DNA of 64,000 nt from Amoebidium appalachense (lineage: Eukaryota > Protista > Ichthyosporea): NCBI GenBank assembly GCA_963693365.1, contig CAVNZM010000014.1, positions 4,898,001 to 4,962,000 on the forward strand, read 5' to 3'. How positions within the stretch are numbered: the first letter of the stretch is position 1; each line of letters begins with the position of its first letter. Shown here one piece after another: positions 47,749 through 59,162 of the stretch. The position numbers were made by a program, and so were the translations under genes. The notes under the pieces are model-generated. The model did no database searches, was not told the DNA's origin, and saw only the letters and a list, made by a program, of their open reading frames with translations.

Positions 47749-48172
47749 GATACAGTAAGGGAAAGCAAAAGAGGAGGTGGAAAACTGAGGGAGGGAGGAG
47801 TGGGCTCAAACCTCGACTCTCAGACTGGAGATGGAACCCATCTGAAGGGAACCCCAGCGCACCAGAGCTTCGGGTCTCTCCAGGTCACCCATTCTCCTGT
47901 CTATTTGAGCTGGCTCGGGTTGGTTATACAGGTGTGGTCAAGAAGTCTACTTGACAAATGAGCTGGTGTGGACAGCCTGAATGGGAAACTTGCAAGCTTG
48001 ACTTCCTAAAGCATGAGAAATGCCTGAGTCTCTCTCTTCATTGAACACCCCACAACCTCAACCGGATGCAGTTATCTTCATGCCTTCTACATACCAGACC
48101 ACACACACTCCCTAGATCTTCCTCTCTTTCTCTCTCTCTCCCTCCCTCTCTCTCTCTCTCTCTCCCCCCTCT

Positions 48173-48203
<31 letters not shown>

Positions 48204-48602
48204 CCTCACATACACTCATACACTCTGTCTCTCCCGGATTCTTTGGACGAAATCACTATTCAGACATATATGTACACTCACACACACGCTCCCGGCCCCC
48301 CCTTACAAAAAAAAAAAACCTCCAGCCACGGATGTGTCACACTGACAACAACTCAGCAGACAGCAGAGTCACTGGCGGAAGCTTTTCTTGGGACAACGGT
48401 TGCTGATGATCGCTGATAAGCTATAAAAGGGCCTAGAGGCTATATAGACGATCCTCTTTAATGACGTCACTAATTGAGAAGGGAGCCAAGCGATCGGCAA
48501 CTCCCTTCGCGGCCCCTGCACTACACGAAAGTTCCTCGCTGACAAGCAAGTTATATATTTTCTTATACACTTGTGCTATCATATATATAACATACATATA
48601 CG

Positions 48603-48659
<57 letters not shown>

Positions 48660-48662
48660 GTA

Positions 48663-49541
48663 CTCCAAACAGAAAATACCCAACTCAAGCTCACCATTGA
48701 TTCACTCACAGCCCAGCTAAACATTAGTGGATCGCAAAACCCCAAAACTCATGAGCAAACATCTCGCGACGGAGACATTTCCACCCCAACACAAAACAAC
48801 ACAGGACCGGAAGCACAGCTCCCGGCAGAGTTCCTAGAATATGCGAACTCTCGTAAAACACCCGAGCTCCGCCAAATTGCCAAGGAAACATATGCCAGCA
48901 TTCTTGCAGGCAACGAGTACCGCCGCAACTCCCCTTCCAAACCGCCGGCTAAGGGGAACACCCAAGCAAACGGTAACATCAACATCCCACCCAAATACGA
49001 GAGGGTGTATTTCAAAGTCAAGCACGGCAGACGCCCACACAGGGCCATGTGGTCCATCTTCAAGGCTCTCGGCTTCCGGTGCTCTCGCATCCTTTGTCTG
49101 TCCTTCAGTGGATACGATGTGCTGGAAGTAGCAGTACGGGGCGACTATAACCGTGCGTTCATCCGTGACGCGACAAAGGGGTGTGGAAGCTTCTTCACCC
49201 ACCTCCCAAACTACGACCCATGCGCGCCGGAAAACATTCAGAAAGCAGACAAAGAACGTAAAGTGTCTGCTAAGAATGCGTGCGCCACACGTTGTCGTGT
49301 ACGCATCAGCAAGGCAAAAGAGTTCCTCGCAAAGTTGGAAAACGATGCTACGAGCGTGATAGACACGGACACGAAGGAACCAATGTTTTCTGGTGAGAAA
49401 CTGCTCGAGCGCAAACGCCGATGCGAGATGGAAATCGAGCTCTTCTGCGAACTGTTCGCGCTGGCGGAAGGTCGTGCATACGACCCCGTAAGCGACAAGT
49501 GGGAACCAACCCCACAGGTGTCGGACCAAACCGATGCCTAA
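48663..49541 (+). CDS. LINE ORF1 (N-terminally truncated; coiled coil + RRM-like region)
   Basis: Frame is open from the TSD junction: LQTENTQLKLTIDSLTAQL (heptads)...TYASIL...VYFKVKHGRRPH...SRILCLSFSGYDVLEVAV. Stop overlaps the ORF2 start (ATGCCTAA). Confidence 0.8.
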   Translation, partial: LQTENTQLKLTIDSLTAQLNISGSQNPKTHEQTSRDGDISTPTQNNTGPEAQLPAEFLEYANSRKTPELRQIAKETYASILAGNEYRRNSPSKPPAKGNTQANGNINIPPKYERVYFKVKHGRRPHRAMWSIFKALGFRCSRILCLSFSGYDVLEVAVRGDYNRAFIRDATKGCGSFFTHLPNYDPCAPENIQKADKERKVSAKNACATRCRVRISKAKEFLAKLENDATSVIDTDTKEPMFSGEKLLERKRRCEMEIELFCELFALAEGRAYDPVSDKWEPTPQVSDQTDA

Positions 49542-52500
49542 TTTATCCTTCTTCTTCTGGAATGCTCGGACACTGGGCCCCCAAAAGGGCCTCCCCCCCG
49601 GGACACTCGACGATAAAATCAGCTACATACAACAACAGACAAACAACCACACGTTTACAGTGATTTGCGAAACACAGTTTAAAAACCACCACAAATTCAA
49701 CTCTACATTGGTCGACACATCCACACACCCCGGTTACGCGAAAAACCGAGGCATTATTGTACTTGCCGCACCACACGTGAGAGTGAAGTGCAAACCGGTA
49801 GCAAAAACGGAATTCTCGGTTTCTATAGAGTTTCTTTCTAATGTTTTTACTTTTGTATATTACCCACCATCTATGTCGGTTGTCGAATTGACTCACGAGT
49901 TGTCACAGTTACCAATGTCCACTGTTATTTTAGGTGATTTTAACACGCGACTCCACCACACAGACACACTGCAAGTGAGTGTCGGGTACCCATCTAAGCC
50001 CCCGGAGCGTGCTATCCCTTTAGCAAGGTATGTCCAAAGTCACACTTTGCGGTTCCCTCAAATATCCCATGCCCACAACACCGACTGGGGAGTGGCCTTT
50101 TGGCCATCAACCATGTCAAAACTCTCTCTCCCTCCTAACCTCTCTAGGTCATCTGACCACTCTCCTATCCTTTTCCTACCTAAGATCTCCCTTGATCTGC
50201 TCCCCCCTCCCCCTCCCACCTTTCGCCTCCGTCTATCCCAGCTTAAGTCACAGTGGGGTAGAGTTGATGTATGTGTATGCTATGCTACGAAACACCCTAT
50301 ATATATGCGCCTATTAGAATCTGCACAAGCCAGGCCAGATTCACATCTCGTACTAGATACATGCACTAACTTTATTGTTGATGATTTGATAGATCTCGGT
50401 GATTATGCTGGCGGTGGTAGGAAGGAATATCCCGATGCTCTCTTGTTACCAAACACCACTCCCGCTAGACTAGGTGAACCCCTGTCTCAAAAGGAAAGCT
50501 TGCGCCGGCTTGCTAGTATGAATCGATTTGGCCCCCCTGCTCGTATTATTGGTGATACCACTGGAGACCCCCTCATAGACTCTGATAAGTATTTCTCGGA
50601 ACTGTTTAAAGATAGGACCCCCGCTCAGAAACCTATTGTGTGGCCTGTAGACCCATCTATCCCCATAGAATCGATCCTCCCCTTTTTCAGTCCCGATGCC
50701 ATATGGTCTGTGATATCTAGTTATAGCTCTAGTAAGTCTTGTGGACCTGATGGACTCCCTGCTGGGTTTCTTAAAATCCTTGTTCCCTCCTACCCACAAA
50801 AGGAAAGTGATCGTGCTATTAAACCTGATCTTACTATCATGTTAAGCTCTCTCTTTTCTTGGTGTGTTAAATGTGGACATGTCCCGTCATCTTGGTTAGA
50901 TACCTTAGTGATCCCCATAGTTAAGAAGGACTCTGAGGGCCCCATATCATCCTTTCGCCCCATTACACTAACCCAGGTTGTTCGTAGATTCTTTGAAGCT
51001 TGCTTACTTAGGTTATTTGCACATCACCCTAGGTTTCAATCTATTCTTCACATACACCCATGCCAATCCGCTTTTCGTAAAAACAATTCATGTTATGTTC
51101 AAATAATGGCACTGCACGATTCTATGCAAGTTGGTGCACAATATGTTGGCTTTATTGATTGGAAAACTGCTTACGATTCTGTCTCCCCTGGTCTCCTATG
51201 GGAAAAGCTTGCTGCACGGGGTGTACCACACTGCATTGGTGTTCTGTTAGAAGCACTCTTGTCTCAAACCTATGGTAGAGCTGTGGTTAATGGGCATCTT
51301 TCATATGGTTTTGCTCGTACTAGAGGTCTCTTGCAGGGTTCATTGCTTAGCCCCTTTTTGTTTAACCTATTTATAGATGATTTGGCTGTCAAGATTTACG
51401 CCGAAAACGATGACCCTATTAATAACTTTCCGCCTGCACTTCTCTATGCTGATGATCTGTCCCTCCTTGCCCGTACCCCTAGACGCCTGCAAAGATTGTT
51501 CGATGTAGTGTCAGAGTGGTGCAAGGCAAACCTTATGATCCTTAACATAGACAAATGTGGTGTTCTTGTACCTGATATAGCTAACAATTTACACACATTT
51601 ACATTATCATCTAAACCTGTACCTATAGTTCCAGAATACAAATATCTTGGTGTTCCGGTTGATTCTGTTGGTGTTATGTTTCCCCATATGGTCGAAAAGA
51701 GGGTAGAGTTGGCTCGTAAGCGGTTAGCTTTCTTCTCGGCTAATATTTTTAAAGACACACCCCTCCATCCTTCTATTAGACTTACATTTATTCGCACTTT
51801 TGTCTTCCCGGCATGTGAATATGGTTTACCCCTTCTCGCCGCTTGGATCAAGAAAGAGAGAACTAGAGCGCTTAAACCCTTGGCAAATTTCCTTGAAGCA
51901 GAAGTTGCCTCCTTTCTATCTAACAACTGTTGTAAACCTGGGCCTGTAACGCTCTCGATATATGGTCTGGTCCCAATAGCTGCTAGAGTATCCTATCTCG
52001 CGCTGAAATTCAATAAGCACATAAGCCGCTTAAAGAAGTATTTGCCCTCCCACCCTCTCTTCTCTATCCGACCTGTCCCCTCCTCACCTCTCCCCTCTTT
52101 CCTCCCCTCTCTCTCCCCTTCTCCCCTGGGCACAAATACAAATAAACCCCGCAATAGTGTGTGTGTGACTTTGGACTGCCACTTACTTATTAAACATGTA
52201 CACAATCACAAGATAATCACGCAATATAACAAATGGAAAAAGATACCACACGACACTAGACCCGATGAAAGCATACACCTTGAAAAACTAAGCCTTATGT
52301 CTCGTTTTATATATACTGACCGCCTCAACCATATTGCCAAATATGGCACTCGCAAGTGTATAACACCTAAATACATATTACCTTCCTGTAGAACTGGTCT
52401 TTCTCTAGCTGATGGTATTATTGATCAATTACCACGCTTTTACTGTACACGTGCTATACAGTGGAGATCTAATAAGTATAAGGTGGCATCATTTGCATGC

Positions 52501-52728
52501 CCAAACAACACACACACACACCAGTTTAACCGGTCATGTATCGCCAAATGTAGTTTGATAGACCACATAATACCGCAACACACACACGTCACATTCACAA
52601 CAGACACCCAGAAAGATAGCCTACCTGTAAATTACAACATCCTTGATTTTATACTAAACACGCGTAACTACGACCTGTTTATTAGATGTATTGATTGGCT
52701 TGAGAAACACATCACTACAAAATTATAG
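49534..52728 (+). CDS. LINE ORF2: AP-endonuclease + reverse transcriptase, intact 1064 aa
   Basis: APE motifs FWNART, ICET, YYPP, LGDFN, SDHSPI; RT motifs GPDG, FRPITL, QGSLLSP, YADD, YKYLG; Cys/His-containing C-terminus. Confidence 0.97.
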   Translation: MPNLSFFFWNARTLGPQKGLPPGTLDDKISYIQQQTNNHTFTVICETQFKNHHKFNSTLVDTSTHPGYAKNRGIIVLAAPHVRVKCKPVAKTEFSVSIEFLSNVFTFVYYPPSMSVVELTHELSQLPMSTVILGDFNTRLHHTDTLQVSVGYPSKPPERAIPLARYVQSHTLRFPQISHAHNTDWGVAFWPSTMSKLSLPPNLSRSSDHSPILFLPKISLDLLPPPPPTFRLRLSQLKSQWGRVDVCVCYATKHPIYMRLLESAQARPDSHLVLDTCTNFIVDDLIDLGDYAGGGRKEYPDALLLPNTTPARLGEPLSQKESLRRLASMNRFGPPARIIGDTTGDPLIDSDKYFSELFKDRTPAQKPIVWPVDPSIPIESILPFFSPDAIWSVISSYSSSKSCGPDGLPAGFLKILVPSYPQKESDRAIKPDLTIMLSSLFSWCVKCGHVPSSWLDTLVIPIVKKDSEGPISSFRPITLTQVVRRFFEACLLRLFAHHPRFQSILHIHPCQSAFRKNNSCYVQIMALHDSMQVGAQYVGFIDWKTAYDSVSPGLLWEKLAARGVPHCIGVLLEALLSQTYGRAVVNGHLSYGFARTRGLLQGSLLSPFLFNLFIDDLAVKIYAENDDPINNFPPALLYADDLSLLARTPRRLQRLFDVVSEWCKANLMILNIDKCGVLVPDIANNLHTFTLSSKPVPIVPEYKYLGVPVDSVGVMFPHMVEKRVELARKRLAFFSANIFKDTPLHPSIRLTFIRTFVFPACEYGLPLLAAWIKKERTRALKPLANFLEAEVASFLSNNCCKPGPVTLSIYGLVPIAARVSYLALKFNKHISRLKKYLPSHPLFSIRPVPSSPLPSFLPSLSPSPLGTNTNKPRNSVCVTLDCHLLIKHVHNHKIITQYNKWKKIPHDTRPDESIHLEKLSLMSRFIYTDRLNHIAKYGTRKCITPKYILPSCRTGLSLADGIIDQLPRFYCTRAIQWRSNKYKVASFACPNNTHTHQFNRSCIAKCSLIDHIIPQHTHVTFTTDTQKDSLPVNYNILDFILNTRNYDLFIRCIDWLEKHITTKL

Positions 52729-52732
52729 CGCA

Positions 52733-52799
<67 letters not shown>

Positions 52800-52831
52800 C
52801 CAGCTGATACCGAGTGTCCCGAGGGGAGCCC

Positions 52832-52878
<47 letters not shown>

Positions 52879-54278
52879 GGGGAACCCCAACTAATTGATT
52901 TCTCCTTGTAGTCTTTATGGTGTCTCGTAGAGAAAGTAAACCCTGATATATAGTCACCACCCGACATCTATGTACGTGATCATGATATACCGCTGAGGGG
53001 ATATTCCGAGCAAAACCCCCCCCCCCCATACCTGAGACTGGTTCTCTTTGCCTCGAGTAAACAGCGTAAACCCCCATATATGTATATGTATATGTATTTA
53101 TGTGTCCTTGTATGATCCGGATGTTACACCTGGCATCACTTGTTGCACGATATACAACACATGCTGTGCTTTTGCTCATCACCGCCGGCCCGAAGATGTA
53201 AATATTATGCACGTCACTGAGTAGCCCGCCCATCTCGAAATATGAGGTATATTCTTCGGGGAGGGGAAAGGCCTAGGCCTACACTTCATAGTCCTATCTT
53301 CACAGAAAATCTGCTTGTCTAGATCCGCAAGATCTCAGATGGATTCAGGCTCAAATTCGAAACGGCTGCAATGCCATGGTCAACAATGGAGATGAAAGCC
53401 AGAGATTATTCGTAGTGAAGGCAGTTGGTGGGTCACGTGGGCGCCTGTGATGGACACTGTGTGAATGAAATGGGTTGGGGGGAGGGGGGAGGCCCCGGGA
53501 CCCGGGCCTGGGATGGCCTGGGGTCCAGGCCCCGGGATGGGGGGAGGGATGGGGGCCACTGCATGTGATCACAGGGTGGGAGTGGGGGCCGAGGGGAGGC
53601 GGGGAGGGGGGGGGGGGGGGGGAGGGGTGGAGTTGGGGGGAGGGGGTAGGAAGGGACTGCCCAGCTGTTCGGCACGCGGGGGGGGAAGGGGGGGGGGGGG
53701 AGGGGGGGGGGGAAGGGGGGGGGGGGGCACACAACCGGTACTGTGCCGGGGGCTCCGGGGGGAGGGAGGGGGTCTGGGGCCCCGGGGCCGGGAGGGGAAG
53801 AGGGGGAGGGGGGGGGAGGGGGAGGAGGCTGGGCTGGCTTTGTCTCGACGACCTTCTTAGGTCTGGGCTTCTAGAACCCAGGCAGTTTTTTTTTTGGGGG
53901 GGGGGGGGGGGGGAGGGGAGGGGGGGAAGGGGAGTAAGAGAGAGGGATAGGATCTAATCCGAAGTGTGATTGATGAGCCACAGTAGTGTACATTATGCCG
54001 GGTAGACTGGTAGATTTTTGATGTGTTGTTTTTGTGCCAGTGCTCATTTCTATGTATTTTGTGTTCGATTTTCCGTCAGACCGTTGTGTGTGATAAACTA
54101 CTACGTATACGTGTACGTGTTTGTGACACTACCATGGGGAAAGGGGAGGAAGGGACACGGTGTGGGGGAGGGGGAGGTGCATGCGCAGGCACAACACATA
54201 TACGGTTTGCATGTCAGACACATGAGGGGGATCGATACTGTGCATGTGTTGTACACAAGTTGTGTGTGTGTATGGCGA

Positions 54279-54345
<67 letters not shown>

Positions 54346-56985
54346 TCTGTGTGTGTGTGTGTGTGCGTGCAGTGTGTGCAAGGATTTGTGTACCATGGGC
54401 TATAATGTTTCATGCGTGTGCCTGGGGTGTTAATACTTTGATTGTGTGTGTGAGCTCGTGTGTCTGCGTGTCTGTGTACGTTTGCGCGCGTGTGCCATAC
54501 ACATGATGTGTTACAGTGTGTGTGCGTGTAACACGTTTCTGTGTGTGTGTTATCATTGTAATAACACTGTTATTTCAACTTGGATACTGCACGCACGATC
54601 ACTCCCCCCCCCCCTCTCCCCCCGCCCCCCTCCCCACTCCCCCCCCCCCCCCCCCCCCCGGGCCCTAACCCTCTATCGACAAACATGGCATTACCCACAG
54701 TCACGTACGGCGGCGGGGAAGGGCGTGGGGGAGGTTTGAATGTGTTACAGAGTACGCAGCACATACACGACGGTTAACACAACACCGGGGGGGGGGGGGG
54801 GGGGGGGGGATGTAACCATCACGCACGTGCACACAAACTCAACCACGTACACGAGGGCACACCCAGACTTCAGCTAGTTGTCACCCGCGCGTGTGCATAT
54901 GCGGCATATTCTTGGCTGTGCGCAAATGAGTTAGAAAGTGTGCAAAATCTGAGCTGTACCATATCAATTAGCCTCTGAGACTCCATCCGAAGTCTCCTCC
55001 CCCCCCGGGCCCCTCCCTCCCACCCCCCCGTCCCCCCCCCCCCACCCTTTCCCTTTTCCCTTCAAGGTGTGTGCGGTGGCACACGAGAGATTACTTACGG
55101 GGACACAAAAACGCACTGCACTCCATAAGTGAATATTAGCCTTTAGTAAAGCAAGGAACGGGGTGAGATAACATTTATACTTGTCTAGAACGCGAGATCC
55201 AGACTTAGGCCGGGGAGGGTCTCCAAGAGACCGTGGGGGAAAGGGGGGGGGGGGGGGGAGGGGGGGGGGGGCAGGTTGGTTTGGTTGCATGCAGGTGATG
55301 GTTTGGAGGAGCCTCTAACTCCTTCATAGTGAGGGGAAGGTAGGGGGTGGTATTGGCTGAAGCGCAAACTCCCACCCCCGGGGGCAACACCCGGGGGAGG
55401 CAGAAGAGGGGGAGGGGAGGGGGAAGGGGGGGGGGGGGGAGGAGAATAGCCCGCTCCAACTTGAAGCGAGCTATCTCCCCCCCCCCCTCCCCCCCTCCCT
55501 CCCCCTCCCCCCCCCCCCCCCCCCCCCCCCCCGGCCACTTCCCCGTCTGAGATCCCACACTCCCTTGTGGAGGAAAGTGATACATTATTTTTTTGTGTGT
55601 GTGTGTGTTTGGGGGGGGGGGGGGGGGGGGGGGAGTATGTAAAAACTTGGACTAGGAAGTGTACCTGGAGAGTCCTTGATGCATAGGCATAGATGTGTAT
55701 GGATGGTATCGGTGCCCTATGGGGGTCCCTCCGGGAGGGGGGGGGAGGGGGGGGCAGAGGGGATGATGGGTAGAAGGGGCAGGGGAAGGGGGGACGGAGA
55801 GGGGGAAGGGGTGGGTGCGTGGGTGGGTGGGGAGGGGGGGGGGGGGGGTTCGTTGGCCCAGTGTAAGCCTGCACGTGATAAGCAACATGCAGAGAGCTTT
55901 GGTCGGTGCTCTAAACGAACGATGATGAGTGGGTGGCATGGGGAGCGGTGTGCCAGAACATTCTCTGGAGCCTCTATGTGTGTGTTGAGGAAGAGAAAGG
56001 GGGGGTCGAGGAGGGTGAAGGGGGAGGGTAGGGGGAGGGGGTAAAGGTCGTGGTGGGCGCTGCATATTTATGTTTGCTGGGCCAAGGAGTCAACACTCTT
56101 ATTGGCACGTACAGGAGGTGCAGGACAATGGAGCAAATTTGTGAGTATATACATGTGCCTCAACTTAGGGGGGAAAGAGGTGTGGAACGTTGAGGGTAAG
56201 CCAAGGAGGGGGTGATTAGGGGATCTCAGACCGTACGGAGGGCGGGCTGCGGGCTTCGAGACGCGTACGAGGTGCAGAGGATGGGGAGGAAGGGAACACG
56301 AACCATTCAATGGTGTGCCACTTGCGCGTATGGCTCGTGCTGGCTGTTATTATGCACCACAAACAGGGATAAAGTGTTGCTTTTGCCTAGTAATCGTACA
56401 AACGACGGCAAACTCGCGGTGCTTTACTAGCTTGGTCTGATGTTTGCCTAACAGATCTGGCAGTTGTGGGCACCCTGTCGGCGGCAAGTTACTTAGAAAA
56501 GCCTACTACACTACGGTGCTTGGGAGCCAGAAGGAATACCCCTTTCAAAGAACAAAAAGCACAGCTGAGTAAATATTTCGTTTTGCTCGACTATAGTTCT
56601 GCCGGTTTCCACAAGTTCAGCGAGCGAGTTTTTGTTTTTCAAGCTGCTGAGTGTCACCACTCCGTCTCGTTCGAACTGACTGATTGCTTGACTAGGGTCT
56701 CGGACCTGTGACGTCAATATCGAGGGTCGTTATTGAACCAATGAGATCAAGGAATCATAATTCAATCATTTTCAAAAAGTGACGTTGCAATGCGTCTTTG
56801 CATTCCAAATTGACTCAGCTCCGATCGTTCGGGCTGCTATTTTTAGAAAATGGAGATGGTCGGAACAGATTAGAAATGTCTGCATATACACACATATTCT
56901 GTGGAAAAATCTGTGGAAAAGTTTTAGTTGAGCAATTTCCGTATTTATTGTCGGTTTGATGAAGTCGAGTAATGCCGTGTGCTTG

Positions 56986-57037
56986 CCATGTGCTCAGTCT
57001 GATTTTCAGAGGGCCGTGCTCAGACTGAGCACATGGG
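56986..57037. repeat. Perfect 17-bp-arm hairpin CCATGTGCTCAGTCTGA / TCAGACTGAGCACATGG
   Basis: Directly visible. Confidence 0.8.
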
Positions 57038-57140
57038 ATTTCTCGAGGACCACTGCTGAGGCTCAGGGCCTTATGAAAATATCCTGTTTTTCGCCCTGAG
57101 TATCAATCGGGATATATCACGAAAATATCGCCTTAGCCCC

Positions 57141-57774
57141 TGATATCTTTTCTTTTGACTGGATTTATTCGACGGAAAGATATGCAAGTATGCACGGCAT
57201 ACTGAGAAGACCATAAAAACCTCACGAGTTATCCAGTAACAAGTGCATACTGAGATACCTGAACACTGTGTGTAGTCAAAAAAAAAAAAAAAATCATAGA
57301 AATACTCACTGTGACGACCAACATAATCCAACAAAAAGTCTAAAGTGGTCACATTGCCAGCCTGAATATCCCCTTTTTTTTTCTGAGTATCATTACAACA
57401 TATCCCGAAAACGTCCCTGAATATATCAAAAGATATATCAAAAGTATCCCGTCAAGCCCTGATTATCTGGTGCCACTTTTGTGCTGACCTTTTTAATCGC
57501 AAGCATGTTGATAGGTGTGAATTTTTATGTCGCGTTTTACCTCTTTCCCTCCCGGTATCTGCTACACTAGCTGGCAATGTGAACACTTTAGACTTTTTGT
57601 TGAATTCTGTTGGTCGTCACATTGAGTATTTATATGATTTTCACACAGTGTTCAGGTATCTCAGTATGCACTTGTTACTGGATAACTCGTGAAGTTTTTA
57701 TCGTCTTCTCAGTATGCCGTGCATACTTGTCATATCTTTCCGTCGAATAAATCCAGTCAAAAGAAAAATTATCA
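57141..57774. repeat. ~210-bp inverted repeat pair (57141-57361 / 57570-57774), ~208-bp spacer
   Basis: GACTGGATTTATTCGACGGAAAG...CACATTGCCAGC and its reverse complement, with scattered mismatches. Confidence 0.9.
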
Positions 57775-58597
57775 TACATAAGTATCCCGGCCAAATTAGC
57801 CTTTTGCAAATTGGGCAAACCTATCGTACGCTTATCTCTCACCAAAGGCAGAGTATACATACGCCCAAACATACCTTTCTGCTGTGAGTCCCTTTTACAG
57901 AACTTAGGCAATGTATAGCTCTGCTTTTACAAAGCTAAGCCATTAGTATTTGTATGTGGCCGGCCAAATTTATGTGCATGCCGCATCAGCGCCAAGGATG
58001 CGGATGAGCTGGTGTTGAACTGGCCATGGCATATGCATATGCATGCTATGTGCGTATACTACATGAGCACACTGATACATTGCATATCAAAGTTCACTAT
58101 GCGGCATATGTACTTGTTCATGCACCTTATTGTACAACCATAAGCTTTGCCTCGGCTTCATCATGTATAAATTTAAAATCAATACAATAATTTATTGCTT
58201 TATTTTGTTTGAGAAAGTTTGCTCCCTGGGGAGGTGCAAGTGGTGCATAATTGGCTAATTCCCGATAAAATTACCCATTTATGGCTAAGACATTGATTTT
58301 GGAAATAATCTGTTTGTTTGCATTGGTCGTTTGAAGTTCACCAAGATCAAATCTCGCCCGGTAAGGTCCCCCCCATGGCCATTTCTTATAGATAACATAA
58401 ACAAAAAGGGCCGGATATATCTTGCTCCTGGGCCCAGGATATATCACACTTCGGTGGATACCAAAGATATATCTTTTTGCGCCCCCTCCCTGAATATCAC
58501 GGGATATATCCCAAGCTGGACCTGAATATCACGAGATATATCAGGTATCCAGGACACCCCTGAATATCACGTGATACCCGGGATATTTTCATATGGA

Positions 58598-59162
58598 GCC
58601 GCTGTGGCCGAGCAAGTAAGCTCCTCGCCTCCGACGCAGCCACCTGGTTCGAATCCCGGAATGTAGCGCATTGGGGATCGGATGCCCTGATGGGACTCGC
58701 CTGGGTGCAGAACCGTGACTATGGCAATCATTGCCCTCTAAGCTAACTCCAACCGGGGTAGTCAAGGATCGGATGCCTTGGCTATTCCGGAAAGTTTTTT
58801 TTACTCAATTCATATTAGGTCACCTTTATTGAGGTTTTTTTTGACTCAATTCATATTAGGTCACCTTTTTTGTGTTTTTTTTTGTGGCCGAGCGGGTAAG
58901 CTCCTCGCCTCCGACGCAGGAGGCACCTGGTTCGAATCCCGGAATGTAGCGCATTGGGGATCGGATGCCCTGATGGGACTCGCCTGGGGTGCAGAACTAT
59001 GGCAATCATTGCCTTCTAAGCTAACTTCAACCGGGGTAGTCAAGGATCGGATGCCTTGGCTATTCCGGAAAGTTTTTTACTCAATTCATAATAGGTTACC
59101 TTTATTGAGGTTTTTTTTTAATTAAATTCATATTAGGTCACCTTTATTGAGGTTTTTTTTTG
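58598..59162 (+). mobile_element. Tandem dimer of a tRNA-derived SINE
   Basis: Units start ~58598 and ~58884. A box TGGCCGAGCGG, B box GGTTCGAATCC, ~130-bp shared body, T-rich tail with repeated ACTCAATTCATATTAGGTCACC. Confidence 0.85.

Larger units (their letters stand above)
48663..53074 (+). mobile_element. Near-full-length APE-RT non-LTR retrotransposon (LINE), 5'-truncated within ORF1
   Basis: TSD CATATATGTA at 48653-48662 and 53075-53084. ORF1 + ORF2, then a 3' region of (CA)n, internal ~A40 and ~200 nt more ending GTAAACAGCGTAAACCCC. Confidence 0.95.

Noticed and set aside
48265-48274. Alternative upstream TSD CATATATGTA giving a longer 5' UTR
   Set aside because: The copy at 48653-48662 abuts the point where ORF1-like coding begins, and the intervening DNA looks like host microsatellite sequence. 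Not strictly excluded.
48480-48552. HDV-like ribozyme upstream of the LINE (TTCCTCG loop-like word)
   Set aside because: I could not form P1 or P3 pairings, and it lies outside the preferred TSD.
58598-58665. Functional tRNA gene
   Set aside because: A and B boxes are present but the acceptor stem does not close, and it continues into a duplicated body and tail, so SINE fits better.
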